DNA of 64,000 nt. Source: an uncultured Planctomycetaceae bacterium (lineage in GTDB: Bacteria > Planctomycetota > Planctomycetia > Planctomycetales > Planctomycetaceae). The notes under the pieces are model-generated. The model did not search any database. It was not told the DNA's origin and saw only the letters and a program-made list of their open reading frames with translations. Position numbers and translations under genes: made by a program. Every line of letters starts with the position of its first letter. The stretch's first letter is position 1. Below, one piece after another: positions 61,066 to 64,000 of this stretch. The stretch is taken from contig CAWFAK010000007.1 of the NCBI GenBank assembly GCA_963813715.1, positions 64,001-128,000 on the forward strand, given 5' to 3'.

Positions 61066-62668
61066 TCACTCGGGTAGCGGTTGGCCGCGGGTTTCCGGCG
61101 CGAGCCAGATGATGGCCATCCCGATCACGTAGACGAGGCTCATCGTCGCGCACGCGTGAGCGTGCGACAGAACTTTGGTCGAGCCGAACTGGCTCAAGCT
61201 CATCAAGTTGCCCGATTGCAGCGCCCCGATCGCCGCGAGAATGCGGCCAAAATTGAAACTGAAGCCCTGCCCCGTCGCCCGCAGCCGCGTCGGAAAGAGC
61301 TCGGGCAAGTAGAGCGGCAGCCATCCGTAAAACGAGGCCGTCAGTCCGCCGACGAAAAACATCCCGATCAGCAGCGGCCAGCCGAATTCGCTGTTCCCGA
61401 GATAAAACGCCAGCGAGGCTGCCAGCGACCCCAGGCACAACAGCGTGTAGGTCGGCCGGCGACCGATCGCGTTACACAACAGGGCCCCCGCCAGCGTTCC
61501 AAAAATCGCGCCGAAGCCCGAGATGATCTGCGTGCGAGCGCTCGCCGCGGTGGGAGTGATGTCGCTCGAGCCGGCAGCGGCGACCCTGTCCAGCCGCCGG
61601 CGACGATTGTCGGGCCTCGACCAGCTTGGATGCCCAGCTCGGCGCCAGCTGCACCGAGGCCCACGTTCCGACCAGGGCCACGCCGCTCAAGCACGCGCCG
61701 AGCACCATCCGACGCAGCGTCGGGCTGATCGCGAGAGCTGGACCGCCCGACGCCGCGCCCGCCCGCACGAGGTAGCGAAACACCGGAAAAATGAAGCCGA
61801 CCACGGCCAGCGCCACCCCGACAATCGAACCGCCGATCCGCACGGCCGGCGAAAAGGAGCTGTCCGGCAGCCAGAGAAAGATCATGAACAGCGGTCCGGC
61901 CGTGCCAGCGAGCACGGCCAGCAAATCGCGGCTGGCCCAGTGCGACGTCGAGCCCTGGAGCTTCTCGTGCTGCCAGCGCTTCGATTCGGGGACGAGCAAT
62001 TGAATGAAGAACGTCAACAGCGCCGGCAGCGCTCCGACCAACATCATCAGCCGCCAGCCGGAATGCGCGACGAGCCGTTCGACCGAGTGCGGCGCCAGGC
62101 CGACGGCGAGCAACGTGTGCTCAGTGAAGCCGAGGAACTGGTTGAGGACCAGTCCGATCGCCGCGATCGCCAGAAAGCCGACGTTGGACGCCGCTCCGAT
62201 CAGGCCGGCCATCAGGCCCCGCGATTGGTCGGGCCAGACCTCCATCACCAGCGCCACCCCCAGCGACCACTCGCCCCCCATTCCCAGCGACGAGATGAAG
62301 CGAAACAAAAAGACCTGCTCGGGCGAATTGGCGATGCCGCACAGCCCCATGAAGACCGCGTAGGTGACGACCGAAAGGCTCATCGCCCGCACGCGGCCCA
62401 GACGGTCGCCCAGCCAGCCGAAGAGCACGCCGCCCGTCGCCGCACCGACCAGAAACCCTGCGATCATCAGGCCGAACCAGACGTCGACGTGCTTTTGCCC
62501 GGACTCGCCCAAGAGATCGATCAGCGCGGGCCGGCCGACGAGCGGAAAGAGGCCCATCTCGAAGCCGTCGAACATCCAGCCCAAAAAGGCGGCGGCCAGC
62601 GTGAGCCACTTGCCGCTCGACGAAGAAGCCGCGTTCGGTATTCCGCCTGGCGTCGATGCGAGCGTCAC
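61066..62668 (-). CDS. MFS transporter (frameshift near 61480)
   Basis: LGWMFDGFE, GWLGDRLGRVRA, GMGGEW, LPELFPTRLRATGQGF, APETRGQPLPE. Confidence 0.9.
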
Positions 62669-62864
62669 GCGCGGCTCTCTTGGCTTCGGCTGCAGGAGGG
62701 AGGCGTCCGCGCGATTCAGGACGCGGACCGACACGGCGGGAAAGAGCCGATTCTAACGCCGGACGCTCAACACGGCGAACGGCTCGAAGAGCGCAGCAGA
62801 AGATCGCACACTGCGGCCAGAGGGTCGGGCATCAACGATGCGCCGCTTGACGACCGATTCGTCG

Positions 62865-64000
62865 TCAGGCCAGCTCGTGCACCGGTTCGCGAACGTCGAC
62901 GAAATAGCGGGGCCGGCCGGTCGGGTCGGTCACCGTCGTCGTGTTCGGATCGATGCCCAGATTGGCGTAGATCGTCGAGACGATCTGCTGGATGTGGACC
63001 GGACGACTGACGGCGTATTCGCCCAGGCGATTCGTGGAGCCAATCGCCTGCCCGGTCCGCATGCCGCCGCCGGCCAACAAGGCGCAGCTGACGCGCGACC
63101 AGTGATCGCGGCCGGCTGCCTTGTTGATTCGCGGCGAGCGGCCAAACTCGCCCCACACGACGACGGTCGTCGTTTCCAGCAGTCCCCGCTCGTCGAGATC
63201 CTGCACGAGTGCGGTCACCGCCTGATCGAGCTTGGGGCCGTGGTCGCGAACCAGGCCGAAGTTATCGCCGTGGCTGTCCCAACGTCCGTACGACAGCGTG
63301 ACGCAGCGAACGCCGGCCTCGACGAGGCGGCGAGCGATCAGCAGATGGTGATTGACGGTCGGTGCGCCATCGTATTGGAAGTTGTACGGTTTGCCGTCGC
63401 CGTAGCGAGCGAGGATCCGCGGGTCTTCCTTGGTGAGATCGAGGGCGTCGGCCAGCTTGTTCGAGGTGAGCACGCCGAAGGCCGCGTTGGAGAACGCATC
63501 CATGCCCGCGAGCATGCCGCTCGAGTCGGCCGAACGCTTCAGATGATCGAGTCCCTTGAGCAAGGCCTTGCGGTCCTGCAGGCGATCGAGCGTCACGCCG
63601 TTCAAACGCAGGTCCGCCATCCCCTGCCCGTTCGGCCGGAAGGGCTGGTAGGCCGAGCCCAGAAAGCCGGGCGAGCCCGGTTCCGACCATTCCATGTGAC
63701 TGGTGTGCATCGGCCAGGGCGACGAACGGCGGAATCGACGGTTCGACCGGCCCCTGCACCTTGGAGATGATCGAGCCGATGCTGGGCCGTCCGCCGATCG
63801 AGACGCTGTCGCGGCGAGGCCAGCCGCTCATGCACTGGTATCCGTCGTGATTGTCGACGCAGCCCTCCACCGAGCGGATGATGGCAAACTTGTCCATCAT
63901 CGCGGCAATCCGCGGGAAGCACTCGCCGATCTGAATGCCGGGCACCTTGGTCGAAATCGGGCTGAACTCGCCGCGGATTTCTTTGGGCGCCTCGGTCTTG
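62865..64000 (-). CDS. DUF1501 domain protein (5' end outside window; frameshift near 63710)
   Basis: [47 protein letters not shown]. Confidence 0.9.

Overview
GC-rich chromosomal window, most likely from a Planctomycete. The evidence is the DUF1559 prepilin-like gene with its companion lipoprotein, a DUF1501 gene, a WD40 Ser/Thr kinase and the gene styles. It is mostly core or housekeeping: mnmG, tpx, ruvB, yebC, nusA-infB-rbfA, sthA, an RluA-family synthase, acnA and mmsA. It also encodes a hybrid histidine kinase, a tricorn protease, TPR proteins, an S9 peptidase and an MFS transporter. About 20 genes, including essential infB, are broken by small frameshifts, so these are most likely uncorrected long-read indels rather than pseudogenes; split ORFs were rejoined by hand and some ends are approximate. 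An accessory stretch (about 32.8-47 kb) holds four notable items: (1) a ketosynthase lacking its catalytic Cys; (2) a tandem pair of SPFH proteins, each with a triplicated N-terminal module, bracketed by near-identical palindromic repeats; (3) a lone RepA-like AAA_25 helicase; (4) a DDE transposase. At least five families of REP/MITE-like palindromes occur, often beside small orphan genes. The DUF1559 pilin-like protein is unusually Cys-rich and has a CxxCH motif. No rRNA, tRNA or CRISPR array was recognised.
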